Shown here in pieces: positions 46,641 through 56,684 of a stretch of DNA of 64,000 nucleotides; within the stretch, counting starts at the first letter, position 1; every line of letters starts with the position of its first letter. A program made the translations under genes and the position numbers. The notes under the pieces are model-generated. The model saw only the letters and a program-made list of their open reading frames with translations, was not told the DNA's origin and ran no database searches. This stretch comes from Spirochaetia bacterium (lineage in GTDB: Bacteria > Spirochaetota > Spirochaetia > SZUA-6 > Bin103): the NCBI GenBank assembly GCA_965199955.1, contig CBDATQ010000002.1, positions 832,001 through 896,000 of the forward strand, in the 5' to 3' direction.

Positions 46641-47726
46641 ATGAACACGGACATCGGAAACGAACCGCGCGTGCCTGAAGCGGATTTGCGCGATCTGGGT
46701 GCCCGGGCGCTGCGTGCGGCCGGCGTCCCGGGCGAGGACGCTGCCATCGTCGCGCGGGTGATGGTCGCCAACGAGATGCGCGGCATCAGCCACGGCGTCG
46801 CGCTGCTCGCGCCGTACATCCGCCACATCAAGGCCGGCGGCATGACCGCTGCGCCGCGCATCACCGTCGAGCGCGACGTGGGCGCAACACTGGTGCTGAA
46901 CGGCGATGGGGGGCTCGGCCCTCTCATCTCCTGCCGCGCCATGGAACTCGCGATCGAGCGGGCCCGCCGGCACGGCGTGGCGTTCGTCGTCGCCCGCGAC
47001 GGCAACAATTTCGCCGCCGCCGGGTACTACGCCAAGATCGCTGCCGACGCCGGCATGGTGGGCGTGGCGATGACCAACGCCGATCCGTACATGGCGGTCG
47101 CCGGTGGAGCCGGGCGCACGGTCGGCAACAACCCGTTGGGATGCGCCGTTCCGGGCGCCGACGGTCGGGCGGTCTACCTGGACATCGCCATGAGCGCGGT
47201 GGCCGGCACCAAGCTGGCGATCGCCGCGCGCGAGGGGCGCCCGATCCCCGAGGGCTGGGCGCTCGACGCAGACGGAGAGCCCGCGACCGATCCGGGTGCG
47301 GTCCGGCAGGGCGGGTCACTGGTCCCGGTCGGCGGCTACAAGGGCTCCGGCCTGGCGGTGCTGATCGAGTGCCTGACCGGGGTGCTGGGCGGGGCGGCGA
47401 TCATGGCGGAGATGCGCGACTGGGTGGGCGACCCGGAAGGGCGCAGCAACCAGGCGCACAGCTTCATCGCCATCGACATCGAGCCGTTGCTGCCGCTGGC
47501 GGAGTTCAAGGAACGCATGGCGCGCCTGGCCGGGCAGGTGCATGGGGCCCGTCGGGCGCCCGGCGTCGAGCGGATCTATCTGCCGGGAGAGATCGAGCAC
47601 GGGCGGGAGCGCGACGCACGGCAGAACGGCGTGCCGCTGCGCGGCGCGACCGTAGCCGGACTGCGGGACCTGGGCGAGCTGGCCGGGCTTGCCGATGAGG
47701 TGGAGGCGCTCCTGGCGGGCGGTTGA
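46641..47726 (+). CDS. Ldh_2-family (malate/L-lactate/ureidoglycolate-type) oxidoreductase
   Basis: RGISHGV, GNNPL, LDIAMS, GGYKGSGLA, YLPGEIE; GAGGAG RBS. Confidence 0.9.
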   Translation: MNTDIGNEPRVPEADLRDLGARALRAAGVPGEDAAIVARVMVANEMRGISHGVALLAPYIRHIKAGGMTAAPRITVERDVGATLVLNGDGGLGPLISCRAMELAIERARRHGVAFVVARDGNNFAAAGYYAKIAADAGMVGVAMTNADPYMAVAGGAGRTVGNNPLGCAVPGADGRAVYLDIAMSAVAGTKLAIAAREGRPIPEGWALDADGEPATDPGAVRQGGSLVPVGGYKGSGLAVLIECLTGVLGGAAIMAEMRDWVGDPEGRSNQAHSFIAIDIEPLLPLAEFKERMARLAGQVHGARRAPGVERIYLPGEIEHGRERDARQNGVPLRGATVAGLRDLGELAGLADEVEALLAGG

Positions 47727-47769
47727 AGTGAGCTTCCGGATGGCTCCGTCACCCCGCTCGCCGTCGGAT

Positions 47770-48100
47770 GCCGTCCCTCGCGAGCCAGTGCGCGCACCGC
47801 TGACAGGTGACTCCTGCTCACCGGCACGTCGTGGCCTCCCGTCACGCGCATGAACGTCCGCTCGTCACGCCGATAGACCGCGTGATGTGGTCGTGGGCCA
47901 CCCAGTACGAGCGGTGCACCTGCATCCCGGTGTCTCCGAGCTCGGCGACGGCGTCCGCGAATCGCATCAGGATCACCCCTGCCCCTTGGCTCGTAACGGC
48001 GTTAACGGGTGGGTCGAGCACCTCGCCGTATGCCCGCTGCAGAAACCGACCCGCATGGAGCAGGGGCTTCGTCCGTTCGTCTTCACGAGGCGGAGCGGTG
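47770..48100 (-). pseudogene. Degraded LytTR DNA-binding domain gene
   Basis: ILMRFADAVAELGDTGMQVHRSYWVA, then after a frame change VTGGHDVPVSRSHL. Confidence 0.65.
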
Positions 48101-48406
48101 TTCCTGGCGTCGTTCAAGATTGATGCTCCTTCCAGATCGGTTTCGTGCGCGAATGTCAATCGCCATGCGTGAAATCGGTGTGGAACGGTCATTCGCGGAA
48201 GGCGATTCACAATATGGACTCGCGAAAAAATGTGTGATATGCGCCAGGATCATGTCCGAGGGCGCGGTGGCGGCGTTCCGCCACGGTGGACAAGGCGGCT
48301 CAGACCGTAGCAGGGTCGATACATCGGCCGGCTCGATTCGGAGCGGGATGATCGGATCGTCCCTGCGCGCCGAGCCCGCGCGGTGAGGTCCGGAGGTCTG
48401 TGTGCA

Positions 48407-50110
48407 ATGACCGATACCCTTGAGCGGGATCTGATCAGGATCGACGGCCGGCCGTACGGCCACTACCGGGACCTCCGTGGGCGCCGCTATCCGCTGGGTG
48501 GCTGCACCCTGCAGGTAGACCATGTACAGGGCGATCCGTTCGCTGCGCCGAGTCGACTGCGCGTCGACGTACCCTGCGCCGCTCTGAGGCTGCCGGAGTG
48601 GGCGCGCAGCGGCAGGGAAGCACGCCGCGCGACGGCCGACTTTCTGCAGCGGGCGCTCGGTCCCGCACTGTCCCGGTCTGCGGGCGGGGCAGGCAGCGGC
48701 AAGAGCGGGCTGCTGGAGATCACGCGTGCCGGTCAGGAGGTGCTGGACCGAACCGGTGTCGTGGTGGACGCGGACGGCAGCGCGCGGCTGCGTCTGTGCG
48801 CGGGGCTTCCTGCGGCCGGGCGGCGCATTCTCGGTCGCGCTGCCGCCGACCTGCTGGCACGGCGTCTGCGCTCCGCGATCGAAGCCGTCGCAGACGGGCT
48901 CGACCGCAGCGCGCTGCGTTTGCATGTGCATGCGGTGGAGGACCAGGTCGCGCTGCGCTCGCAGCTTACGGGGCACGGTCTGATCGCGTTTCTTGCCGAA
49001 GAAAGCGTGCTGCCGCGCCGCAGTGGCGTGGATGCGCGTCCGCTGCCGGAAGCGCTGCCGTTGACGGTGCCCGACGCCCTCGCGGTCACGCTTCGGGCCC
49101 CGCACGCCGGCGTGCTTCGAGGGCTGGGGATTCGTGCGGGCGTCACCTTGGTCGTCGGCGGCGGCTACCACGGCAAGTCCACCCTGCTGCAGGCGCTTGC
49201 CTTGGGGATGTACGACCACGTGCCCGGCGACGGCCGCGAGCGGTGCGTCTCCGCCGAAGAGCTGGTGACCGTGCGCGCCGAGGATGGCCGCTCTGTGCGG
49301 GGTGTGTGCCTCAGCCCGTTCATCCGCGATCTGCCGCTCGGGCGGGAGACCCGCAGCTTCGACAGTGACGACGCCTCGGGCAGCACCTCGCAGGCGGCGG
49401 CGATCGTCGAGGCCCTGGAGGTCGGGGCGTCCGGCCTGCTGATCGACGAAGACACGGCCGCTACCAATTTCATGATCCGCGACGCGCGCATGCGCCGACT
49501 GGTTCCCGGTGACCGCGAGCCGATCACTCCCTATATCGACCGCGTGCGCCAGCTCTGGGAGAGCCGCGGAGTATCGTCAGTGGTGGTGGTCGGCGGGGCG
49601 GGCGACTACCTGGACGTCGCCGATTGCGTCATCCAACTGGACGGCTACCAGCCCCGAGATGTCACGGCTCGGGCGCGCGAGGTCGCGGCCGCACATCCGC
49701 TGGGCGAGGCGCGGCCGCGCGCGCCCGATGCATGGCCGCCGGCCGCGCCGCGAGTTCCCTTGCCGGACGGGCTGGATCCCCGTCGAGGCCGCCGGCCGGA
49801 AAGGGTGCGCGCCGTAAGAACGCGGGCGATCGAGTTCGGACGCGAGGAGATCGACGTCAGCCTGCTGTACCAGATCGTGGATCCGGCGCAGTGCCGGATG
49901 ATCGGCGACGTGCTGCTGTGGCTCACGCGCGGACTGTGCGACGGCCGCCGCGATCTTCCCGCAGTTATGGCGGAGCTCGACGCAAGGATGCGTGCCGGCG
50001 GTATCGAGGAACTGGCCGAGCCGGGGTTCGGCGACCGGGCGCAGGTCCGCCGTTTCGAGATCGCTTCCGCCATTAACCGTCTGCGCAGCCTGCGCGTGGC
50101 GACGAGCTGA
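48407..50110 (+). CDS. ABC-class P-loop ATPase (ABC_ATPase family)
   Basis: DHVQGDPFAAPS, GGGYHGKST, RAEDGR, DASGSTSQAA, LIDEDT.ATNFMIRD. Confidence 0.88.
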   Translation: MTDTLERDLIRIDGRPYGHYRDLRGRRYPLGGCTLQVDHVQGDPFAAPSRLRVDVPCAALRLPEWARSGREARRATADFLQRALGPALSRSAGGAGSGKSGLLEITRAGQEVLDRTGVVVDADGSARLRLCAGLPAAGRRILGRAAADLLARRLRSAIEAVADGLDRSALRLHVHAVEDQVALRSQLTGHGLIAFLAEESVLPRRSGVDARPLPEALPLTVPDALAVTLRAPHAGVLRGLGIRAGVTLVVGGGYHGKSTLLQALALGMYDHVPGDGRERCVSAEELVTVRAEDGRSVRGVCLSPFIRDLPLGRETRSFDSDDASGSTSQAAAIVEALEVGASGLLIDEDTAATNFMIRDARMRRLVPGDREPITPYIDRVRQLWESRGVSSVVVVGGAGDYLDVADCVIQLDGYQPRDVTARAREVAAAHPLGEARPRAPDAWPPAAPRVPLPDGLDPRRGRRPERVRAVRTRAIEFGREEIDVSLLYQIVDPAQCRMIGDVLLWLTRGLCDGRRDLPAVMAELDARMRAGGIEELAEPGFGDRAQVRRFEIASAINRLRSLRVATS

Positions 50111-50159
50111 CGGGATCGGACCGCGGCATGTCTCGCGGCTCTCTGGTACGATAATCCCG

Positions 50160-50906
50160 GTGGTCGAGCGCCAATTCGCCGAGCCGCGGCTGGCTGCTCT
50201 CTACGATCCCCTCTGCGGGCGTGAGTGCCGCGCCGACTTTCGCTTCTACCTGCCGTTGGTGATGGCGGCGAAGGCCGTTCTCGACGTCGGCTGCGGGACG
50301 GGTGCGCTGCTGCATCGGGCGCGAGAGACGGGGCACGCGGGGCGGTTGGTCGGACTCGACCCGGCGCGCGGGATGCTCGACATGGCCCGGACACGCGCGG
50401 ACATCGAGTGGGTCTTCGGCGACCTGACGACGGTCGCATGGGAGCGGGAGTTCGACCTGGCCGTGATGACCGGTCATGCGTTTCAGCAATTGGTCGAGGA
50501 TGACGAGATTCGTGCCTCGCTCGCCTCGATTCACTCCTCGCTCGCCGACGATGGCGTCTTCGCGTTCGAGACCCGCAACCCGCTCGCTCGGGAGTGGGAG
50601 CGTTGGACTCCCGACCGCGGAGTCGATTTCGTCGGCCCCGATGGCGTCATGGTGCGTTTCGAGGCCAGGGTGGATGCACCGGTGTCAGGCGATGTCGTTC
50701 GATTCACCTGCACCTACACGAGCGCCGGTTGGAACCAACCGGAGCCGAGCTGCGCCGTCTTGCGGTTCCTCGATGCTGATAGGTTGGCGGCGTTCCTTGC
50801 CGATGGGGGCTTCGCGATCGAGGATCAGTTTGGCGACTGGGATCGGAGCACCCTCGTGGACACGAGCCCGGAGATCATCACCATCGCCCGGCGGGCTCAG
50901 TTGTAG
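50160..50906 (+). CDS. Class I SAM-dependent methyltransferase
   Basis: VLDVGCGTG, GLDPARGML, FDLAVMTGHAFQ; GTG 7 nt after TACGAT. Confidence 0.88.
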   Translation: MVERQFAEPRLAALYDPLCGRECRADFRFYLPLVMAAKAVLDVGCGTGALLHRARETGHAGRLVGLDPARGMLDMARTRADIEWVFGDLTTVAWEREFDLAVMTGHAFQQLVEDDEIRASLASIHSSLADDGVFAFETRNPLAREWERWTPDRGVDFVGPDGVMVRFEARVDAPVSGDVVRFTCTYTSAGWNQPEPSCAVLRFLDADRLAAFLADGGFAIEDQFGDWDRSTLVDTSPEIITIARRAQL

Positions 50907-52036
50907 CCGGTCGAGCCGTCCGGACGGGTCGGTGCGTGGCGCTCCCAGTGGCGGTACGGGTCGTCCCGGATCGCGTCCTCGTCCACTTCGATGCCGAACC
51001 CGGGCCGGTCGCTCACCTGCAGGTACCCGCCGGCCGGCAGCAGCACCCCGTCGAACCTGCGCCGAGTCTCTTCGCTCGGCAGGACGTACTCCAGGATCTT
51101 GAAGTTGGGAGTCGCCAGCGCGAAGTGCGCGTTCACCGCGGTTGCCAGCGGTCCCATCGGATTGTGCGGGGCGACGGGCACGTAGTGCGCCTCGGCGATG
51201 GCGGCGATCTTGCGCATCTCCAGCAGCCCGCCACAGACGCACACGTCCGGCTGGATGATGTCGGCGCCCTGCGCGGCCAGCAGGCTCAGGAACTCGAAGC
51301 GGCCGTAGAGGCACTCGCCGGTGGCCAGCGGTACCTGCATCTGCGCGCGCAGCCGCGCCCAGGCGGGGATGTGCTCCGGGCGCAGCGGCTCTTCGTAGAA
51401 GTACGGATCGAAGGGCGCCAGCGCGTTTGCCAACTGCAGCGCCCGGATCGGCTCCAGGATGCGCGCGTGCGGGTCGAACGCGTACTCCCAGTCCTCGGGC
51501 GTGTGGGCGCGCAGGTCCTGGAAGTAGCGCGCGGCCGCGGCGCACACGCGGCCCCACCGGTCCGCGTCCGGGTCGAGCAGGTAGGGGCTGGTCTTGAAGG
51601 CCGTGAAACCCCATTGGTCGTGGAGCCCGCGCGCACGTTCGGCGGCCCCCGCCCCGTCTCGCCCCTTGATCGCGTGGTACACGCGGACGCGGTCGCGCGC
51701 GGCGCCGCCGAGCAGGCGGTATACCGGCAACTCGGCCTCCTTGCCGGCGATGTCCCAGAGCGCCTGGTCGAAGGCGGAGATCGCCGCCAGCCCGACTCCC
51801 CCCGGCGGGAACCGGAACTGCTGGTGAATCTTGATCATCAGGTACTCGATCCGCCGCGGGTCCTCGCCGCCGACCAGCTCGAACAGGTAGTCGGCGATCG
51901 GCGCCACGCTCAGGTCGGGTCCGGTGGAATACGCCTCGCCCCAGCCGTGAATACCCTGGTCGGTGTGCACCTTTACGAGCGCGCGCGAGCGTGCTTCAAG
52001 AGCCGTCATGTGGGTGGAGATGCCGGTGATCTTCAT
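50897..52036 (-). CDS. Mandelate racemase / muconate lactonizing enzyme family protein (galactonate dehydratase-like)
   Basis: GWGE, DQALWDIAGK..LPVY.LLGG, FDPH, YEEP, TGE, QPD, APHN. Confidence 0.9.
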   Translation of the reverse strand: MKITGISTHMTALEARSRALVKVHTDQGIHGWGEAYSTGPDLSVAPIADYLFELVGGEDPRRIEYLMIKIHQQFRFPPGGVGLAAISAFDQALWDIAGKEAELPVYRLLGGAARDRVRVYHAIKGRDGAGAAERARGLHDQWGFTAFKTSPYLLDPDADRWGRVCAAAARYFQDLRAHTPEDWEYAFDPHARILEPIRALQLANALAPFDPYFYEEPLRPEHIPAWARLRAQMQVPLATGECLYGRFEFLSLLAAQGADIIQPDVCVCGGLLEMRKIAAIAEAHYVPVAPHNPMGPLATAVNAHFALATPNFKILEYVLPSEETRRRFDGVLLPAGGYLQVSDRPGFGIEVDEDAIRDDPYRHWERHAPTRPDGSTGYN

Positions 52037-52139
52037 CGCTGCCTCGTCGCATAGCATCGTCGGCGCGCGCAGGCGCCGCAAGCGATCCGCGGCGCCCGCG
52101 CGGTGGTTACGGTCCCGGCCCGCGGCATACACTGCCGTG

Positions 52140-52646
52140 GTGGAGATTCCACGCTCGCGCGCACCCGCGACGCGTAACGAGCGCATCGCGGGACGCATCC
52201 TGTCGTCGCTTGTCGCGTTGACCACCACCTATTTCTTCGTGCTGCTCTACGACATGGTGAGCCCGGTGGTATTCGCGGCGGTCGACACCGGCAGCGAGCC
52301 GGCGACGCGGTCGACGACGCGGCGGTCGGCGGCCGGATCGCTGATCATGATCGTGCTGGCCGGTGGCTGGGCCTACGCGGTGTGGGTCTCGTTCCGCTAC
52401 GTCTGGTCGCACCGGTTCGGCACCGTCTACTCCCGCGCGGCGATGGCCATCGGGGTGGCGCTCGGAGGCGGCAGCGTCGTGCAGGCGGCGTTCGCCCTGC
52501 TGGTCGCCCTGGAGGTGGAGCAGGGCAGCCTCACGCCGGCCGTGATCACCGTTCCCGCGCTCATGGTGGCGGCAGCCGCGGCGCTCCTGCTCGGGCGCTT
52601 CCTGCGGCAGCGCTTTCAGCAGTCAAACGAATCACGCAACGCCTGA
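52140..52646 (+). CDS. Hypothetical membrane protein (about four TM helices)
   Basis: Four hydrophobic segments; GTG 6 nt after TACACT. Confidence 0.55.
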   Translation: MEIPRSRAPATRNERIAGRILSSLVALTTTYFFVLLYDMVSPVVFAAVDTGSEPATRSTTRRSAAGSLIMIVLAGGWAYAVWVSFRYVWSHRFGTVYSRAAMAIGVALGGGSVVQAAFALLVALEVEQGSLTPAVITVPALMVAAAAALLLGRFLRQRFQQSNESRNA

Positions 52647-52924
52647 CACGCGTCCGTCAGCCGCGCCTTGGAGAGCGTGGTGACCCGGCGCCGGAAGAAG
52701 TGCCGGGGCAACGTATGCACGTTGTCGAAGTTGACGACGCAGTCGGTCGGCACGCCGTCGTGACCGGGCGTCAGGGCGAGCTCCGATGCCAGCCCGCGGC
52801 GGGTTCGCGTCAGCGCGGCGACCACCACCGCGCCGATGCGCGCCGCGACCGGATCGCGGGTAAGGACCAGCACCGGGCGGTCGCCACCCGGCGTCGCGGC
52901 GAACCAGATGTCACCGCGCCGCAT
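52616..52924 (-). CDS. mazF: PemK/MazF-family toxin
   Basis: MRRGDIW, RPVLVLTRD, VAALT, CVVNFDNVHT. Confidence 0.88.
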   Translation of the reverse strand: MRRGDIWFAATPGGDRPVLVLTRDPVAARIGAVVVAALTRTRRGLASELALTPGHDGVPTDCVVNFDNVHTLPRHFFRRRVTTLSKARLTDACQALRDSFDC

Positions 52925-53162
52925 CGTCCCAGTCGTTCCAGTCCTCGGCCGGTCCCCAGTCGGCGACCATGGAGAGCGACGATTCGTCCTCGCCAGGCGG
53001 GTTCTCGAGCCACCGCCTGGCATCCTCTTCGGCCCGCAGTCGGAGCAGGCAGCTATGGAGCGCTTCGCGAAGAAGCCGCGAGCGCTTCATCCCCAGCCGG
53101 ACGGCCCATTCGCCCGCCGCTGCCGCATCCTGGTCGGGCACGCGAAAACTGAGCATCGTCAT
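52911..53162 (-). CDS. RHH antitoxin (MazE-like)
   Basis: MLSFRV, RSRLLREAL, DWGPAEDWNDW; overlaps the mazF start. Confidence 0.8.
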   Translation of the reverse strand: MTMLSFRVPDQDAAAAGEWAVRLGMKRSRLLREALHSCLLRLRAEEDARRWLENPPGEDESSLSMVADWGPAEDWNDWDDAAR

Positions 53163-53166
53163 ACAG

Positions 53167-53197
53167 TGACAGGTGCAGTGTAATACAATCCATGTCA
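53167..53197. promoter_or_regulatory. Putative autoregulatory operator/promoter of the MazEF-type pair
   Basis: AT-rich patch with TGACA...TGTCA (53167/53197) enclosing TGTA-A-TACA, and TACACT on the minus strand. Confidence 0.45.
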
Positions 53198-53308
53198 ACG
53201 CCGCCGCCTGCAGTTTGACTCCTTATCGCGGGTTTTCTACGATCATGGCCCTGATGGGAGCATTCACGGCGTCGCGCGTCGTGCCGCGTACCTGCCGGAG
53301 CACGATCG

Positions 53309-55489
53309 GTGGCTGACACCCTCCTGGAGATCAACGACCTCCGCACCTACTTCCGCACCAAGGCGGGCGTGGTCCGTGCCGTTGACGGGGTGTCTTTTTC
53401 GATCGACAAGGGCAAGACCATCGGCCTGGTGGGGGAGAGCGGCTGCGGCAAGAGCGTCCTGGCCCAGTCGATCCTGCAGATTCAGACCTGGCCGGGCGAG
53501 ATCGAGGGCGGGCAGGTCATCCTGCACGGCGACAACGGCGGCGAGCGGGAGATCCTGACTGATCACCTTCCCAAGGCGGAGCGACTGCGGCAGATCCGCG
53601 GCAACCAGATCGCCTACATCCACCAGGAGCCGATGGCGGCGCTGAGCCTGCTGCACACGGTCGGCAACCAGCTCCGCGAGGCGGTGCTGGTCCACAACCC
53701 GGAGATGTCCAAGGATCAGGCGAACGAGATCGCCGTCAAGATGCTCGGCGACGTCGGCATCCCGCGCGCCGAGACCCGCCTGGACTCCTACATCTTCAAC
53801 TTCTCCGGCGGCATGCGGCAGCGGGTGATGATCGCCATGGCGCTCATCAACCATCCACGCCTGCTGATCGCCGACGAGCCCACGACCGCCATCGACGTGA
53901 CCATCCAGGCGCAGGTACTGGAGCTGATGCGCGACATCCAGCAGCGCTTCGACATGTCGATGCTGTTCATCACCCACGACCTGGCGGTCATCGCCGAGAT
54001 CGCCGAGGAGGTGGTGGTCATGTACCTGGGGCGGGTGGTCGAGCGCACGACCGTCACCCGCCTGTTCGAGAACCCCAGGCATCCCTACACGCAGGCGCTG
54101 ATCGGATCGCTGCCCAGCGCCGAGCACGAGCGGGGAGCGCTGGCCAGCATCCGCGGCACCGTCCCCGATCCGTACTCGCGGCCGACCGGCTGCGCCTTCC
54201 GCAACCGCTGCGACCACTTCATCGAAGGGGTGTGCGACCGCAACGTGCCGGCCCTGGTCGAGCTTGAGGAAAACCATGACGCCCGCTGCTTCCTGCACTC
54301 CGAGGAGATCGAGCTGGGTGCGGAGCCGGACACGGGCGTGGCCGACGAGCCCGCGGCGTCGAGCGCGGCCACCGGCCGCCACCGGCGTCCCGGTGCGCAA
54401 CCGGCCGGCACGCCGGAAGGGGAGAACGGGGACGGGACTGCCGCCGCGCGTACCGCCGTGCAGCGCGGCACCACCGGCGCCGCGGTCCTCGCCCTGGACG
54501 ACCTGCGCACCTACTTCCCGATCCGCAAGGGGTTTTTCCGCCGGCACGTGGGGTGGATCAAGGCCGTCGACGGCATCAGCTTCGAGATCGGCGAGCGGGA
54601 GACGGTCAGCCTGGTGGGCGAGAGCGGCTGCGGCAAGTCGACGACGGCGCGCAGCATCGTGCGCGCGGTCGATCCCACCGGCGGCCAGGTGCGGTTCCAC
54701 GCGCGCGACAGCTCCGTCCTGGAGGTCACGGACGTGGACCGGGACCAGCTCAACCTGCTGCGCCAGCAGGTGCGCATGCTGTTCCAGGACCCGTTCCAGT
54801 CGCTGAACCCCCGCTTCACGGTGGTCGACATCGTCGGCGAGCCGCTGCGCAACTTCGGCGTCGCCGACGGCGAGGGGCTCCGCGAGCGGGTGGGCGAGTT
54901 GCTGGAGGACGTCGGGCTCGACGCCCGGCACATGGGCCGCTACCCGCACGCGTTCTCCGGGGGCCAGCGCCAGCGCATCGGCCTGGCGCGCGCGCTGACG
55001 ATGAATCCTCGCCTGCTGTTGGCCGACGAGCCCACCTCGGCACTCGACGTGTCGGTGAAGGCGCAGATCCTCAACCTCATGCAGAAGCTGCAGGACGAGC
55101 ACGGGCTGTCCTACCTGTTCATCACCCACGAGCTCGGCATCGTCCGCCACTTCTCGGACCGCTGCGGCGTGATGTACCTGGGCCGCATCGTGGAGATGGG
55201 CACGACGGAGACGATCTTCCGCGACCCGCTGCACCCGTACACCGAGGCGCTGCTGTCGGCCGCCCCGGTGCCCAACCCGCGCGCCAAGATGGAGCGCATC
55301 ATCCTGGAGGGCGACGTGCCCGATCCGGCGGACGCTCCGCCGGGGTGCCCGTTCCATACCCGCTGTCCGTACGCGGAGGAGCGCTGCAAGACCGAGGTGC
55401 CGGCGCTGCAGCCCCTCGAGGAGGGCTCGGACCACACCGTCGCCTGCCTGCGCGCCGAGGAGCTGGAGCTTCGCGGCGTGCGCTGGTAG
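53309..55489 (+). CDS. Fused double-NBD oligopeptide-type ABC ATPase (OppD-OppF)
   Basis: Two [16 protein letters not shown] and FSGGQRQR, two DEPT, two HPYT plus Cys-rich tails. Confidence 0.9.
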   Translation: MADTLLEINDLRTYFRTKAGVVRAVDGVSFSIDKGKTIGLVGESGCGKSVLAQSILQIQTWPGEIEGGQVILHGDNGGEREILTDHLPKAERLRQIRGNQIAYIHQEPMAALSLLHTVGNQLREAVLVHNPEMSKDQANEIAVKMLGDVGIPRAETRLDSYIFNFSGGMRQRVMIAMALINHPRLLIADEPTTAIDVTIQAQVLELMRDIQQRFDMSMLFITHDLAVIAEIAEEVVVMYLGRVVERTTVTRLFENPRHPYTQALIGSLPSAEHERGALASIRGTVPDPYSRPTGCAFRNRCDHFIEGVCDRNVPALVELEENHDARCFLHSEEIELGAEPDTGVADEPAASSAATGRHRRPGAQPAGTPEGENGDGTAAARTAVQRGTTGAAVLALDDLRTYFPIRKGFFRRHVGWIKAVDGISFEIGERETVSLVGESGCGKSTTARSIVRAVDPTGGQVRFHARDSSVLEVTDVDRDQLNLLRQQVRMLFQDPFQSLNPRFTVVDIVGEPLRNFGVADGEGLRERVGELLEDVGLDARHMGRYPHAFSGGQRQRIGLARALTMNPRLLLADEPTSALDVSVKAQILNLMQKLQDEHGLSYLFITHELGIVRHFSDRCGVMYLGRIVEMGTTETIFRDPLHPYTEALLSAAPVPNPRAKMERIILEGDVPDPADAPPGCPFHTRCPYAEERCKTEVPALQPLEEGSDHTVACLRAEELELRGVRW

Positions 55490-55517
55490 CGGCCACGTCC
55501 GTCACGGCAGCCGCCCG

Positions 55518-56672
55518 ATGACCGCCGACCGCGTCCCCGACGGCTCCACGCCGCTCGACCCCGACTTCGGCGTGAGCCTGGCGCCGGCCGCGTTCGAGGA
55601 ACGGTTTCTCACCCTGCACAAGCAGCTCTTCGCGTCCGACACGCAGGGGTTCGACGAGGTCACCGTGCACGCCTACGCGCCGCCGTCCGGCAGCTACCAG
55701 GTCGACCACTGCTTCTTTCACGACGGCCGCGACCTGCACCTGTACTACGTGACCGGCGACATGCGGAACACGGAGGCGTGGATCGCCGCCTATCGCGCGG
55801 GCGACTACGAGAAGGCGAACCAGGTCTGCCTGGAGCCGGGATGCGGCCACGCCGTGGGTCCCGACCTGTTCGGCCTGCGGTACCGCGACACGCTGCTGTT
55901 CGAGCCGGAGGGCCGCTTCGACCTGGCCAGCCGCTCCAACGCGCAGGTGTTCGACTTCGACCCCGGCGGCCCGCGCCGCTACGGACTTCTCTACGGCGTG
56001 CGCGGCGGGGGGCCGGACGGCACGCCGTTCGTGGGCTTCAGCCTCACCTGGTCACCGGACCTGGAGACGTGGACGGCCGGGGAGGGCAACCCGGCGTGGG
56101 GGCCGCCGCCGTGGTGCAAGAAGGGATCGACCTGCAAGGACGCGCACGTCGTGCGCTTCGGGGACCGATACCTTCTCTATTACATTGCCATGGACCGGCA
56201 CGGATACGCCTGCATCGCGCTGGCCAGCACCCTCGATTGGCGGACGATCGACGACCACGGCGTGGTGCTCGCCCTGCCGCCGTCGCTGCGCGGCACCATG
56301 GGGATCGAGTCGCCGTTCGTGCTGCACCGGGACGGCATGTGGCACCTGTTCTACACCTACGGCGAGGGGCTCCATCACGCGGTCAGCCCGTCGCCGGACG
56401 GGTTCGTCGCCGCGCGCGGCAACACCTGGGACGTGGGCACCGGCGCCTACCTGCTGGGGCCGTACCACGCGACCGAGATCGTCGAGCAGGACGGCCGTAC
56501 CTTCCTGACCACCGACCGCAAGGAGCACACGCGCAAGCTCAACCGAGTCGCGGGCGTGTTGCGCTACCGCGGCTCCTACGAGGACGAGAAGACCCTGGAG
56601 GAGGGGATCTACGTCGCCGAGATCGAGTGGCACGGCGACCGGCCCGTGCTGCGCAAGCCCGAGCCGCCGTAG
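55518..56672 (+). CDS. Five-bladed beta-propeller glycoside hydrolase-like protein, subfamily B
   Basis: VDHCFF..HLYYVTGD, CKDAHV, GIESPFV..WHLFY; paralog of 938-2107. Confidence 0.7.
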   Translation: MTADRVPDGSTPLDPDFGVSLAPAAFEERFLTLHKQLFASDTQGFDEVTVHAYAPPSGSYQVDHCFFHDGRDLHLYYVTGDMRNTEAWIAAYRAGDYEKANQVCLEPGCGHAVGPDLFGLRYRDTLLFEPEGRFDLASRSNAQVFDFDPGGPRRYGLLYGVRGGGPDGTPFVGFSLTWSPDLETWTAGEGNPAWGPPPWCKKGSTCKDAHVVRFGDRYLLYYIAMDRHGYACIALASTLDWRTIDDHGVVLALPPSLRGTMGIESPFVLHRDGMWHLFYTYGEGLHHAVSPSPDGFVAARGNTWDVGTGAYLLGPYHATEIVEQDGRTFLTTDRKEHTRKLNRVAGVLRYRGSYEDEKTLEEGIYVAEIEWHGDRPVLRKPEPP

Positions 56673-56684
56673 CCGCCGGTCCCG

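Noticed and set aside
5123..53197. Integron cassette array explaining the TA and small-gene mosaic
   Set aside because: No integrase, no recurring attC-like repeats, and mixed gene orientations.
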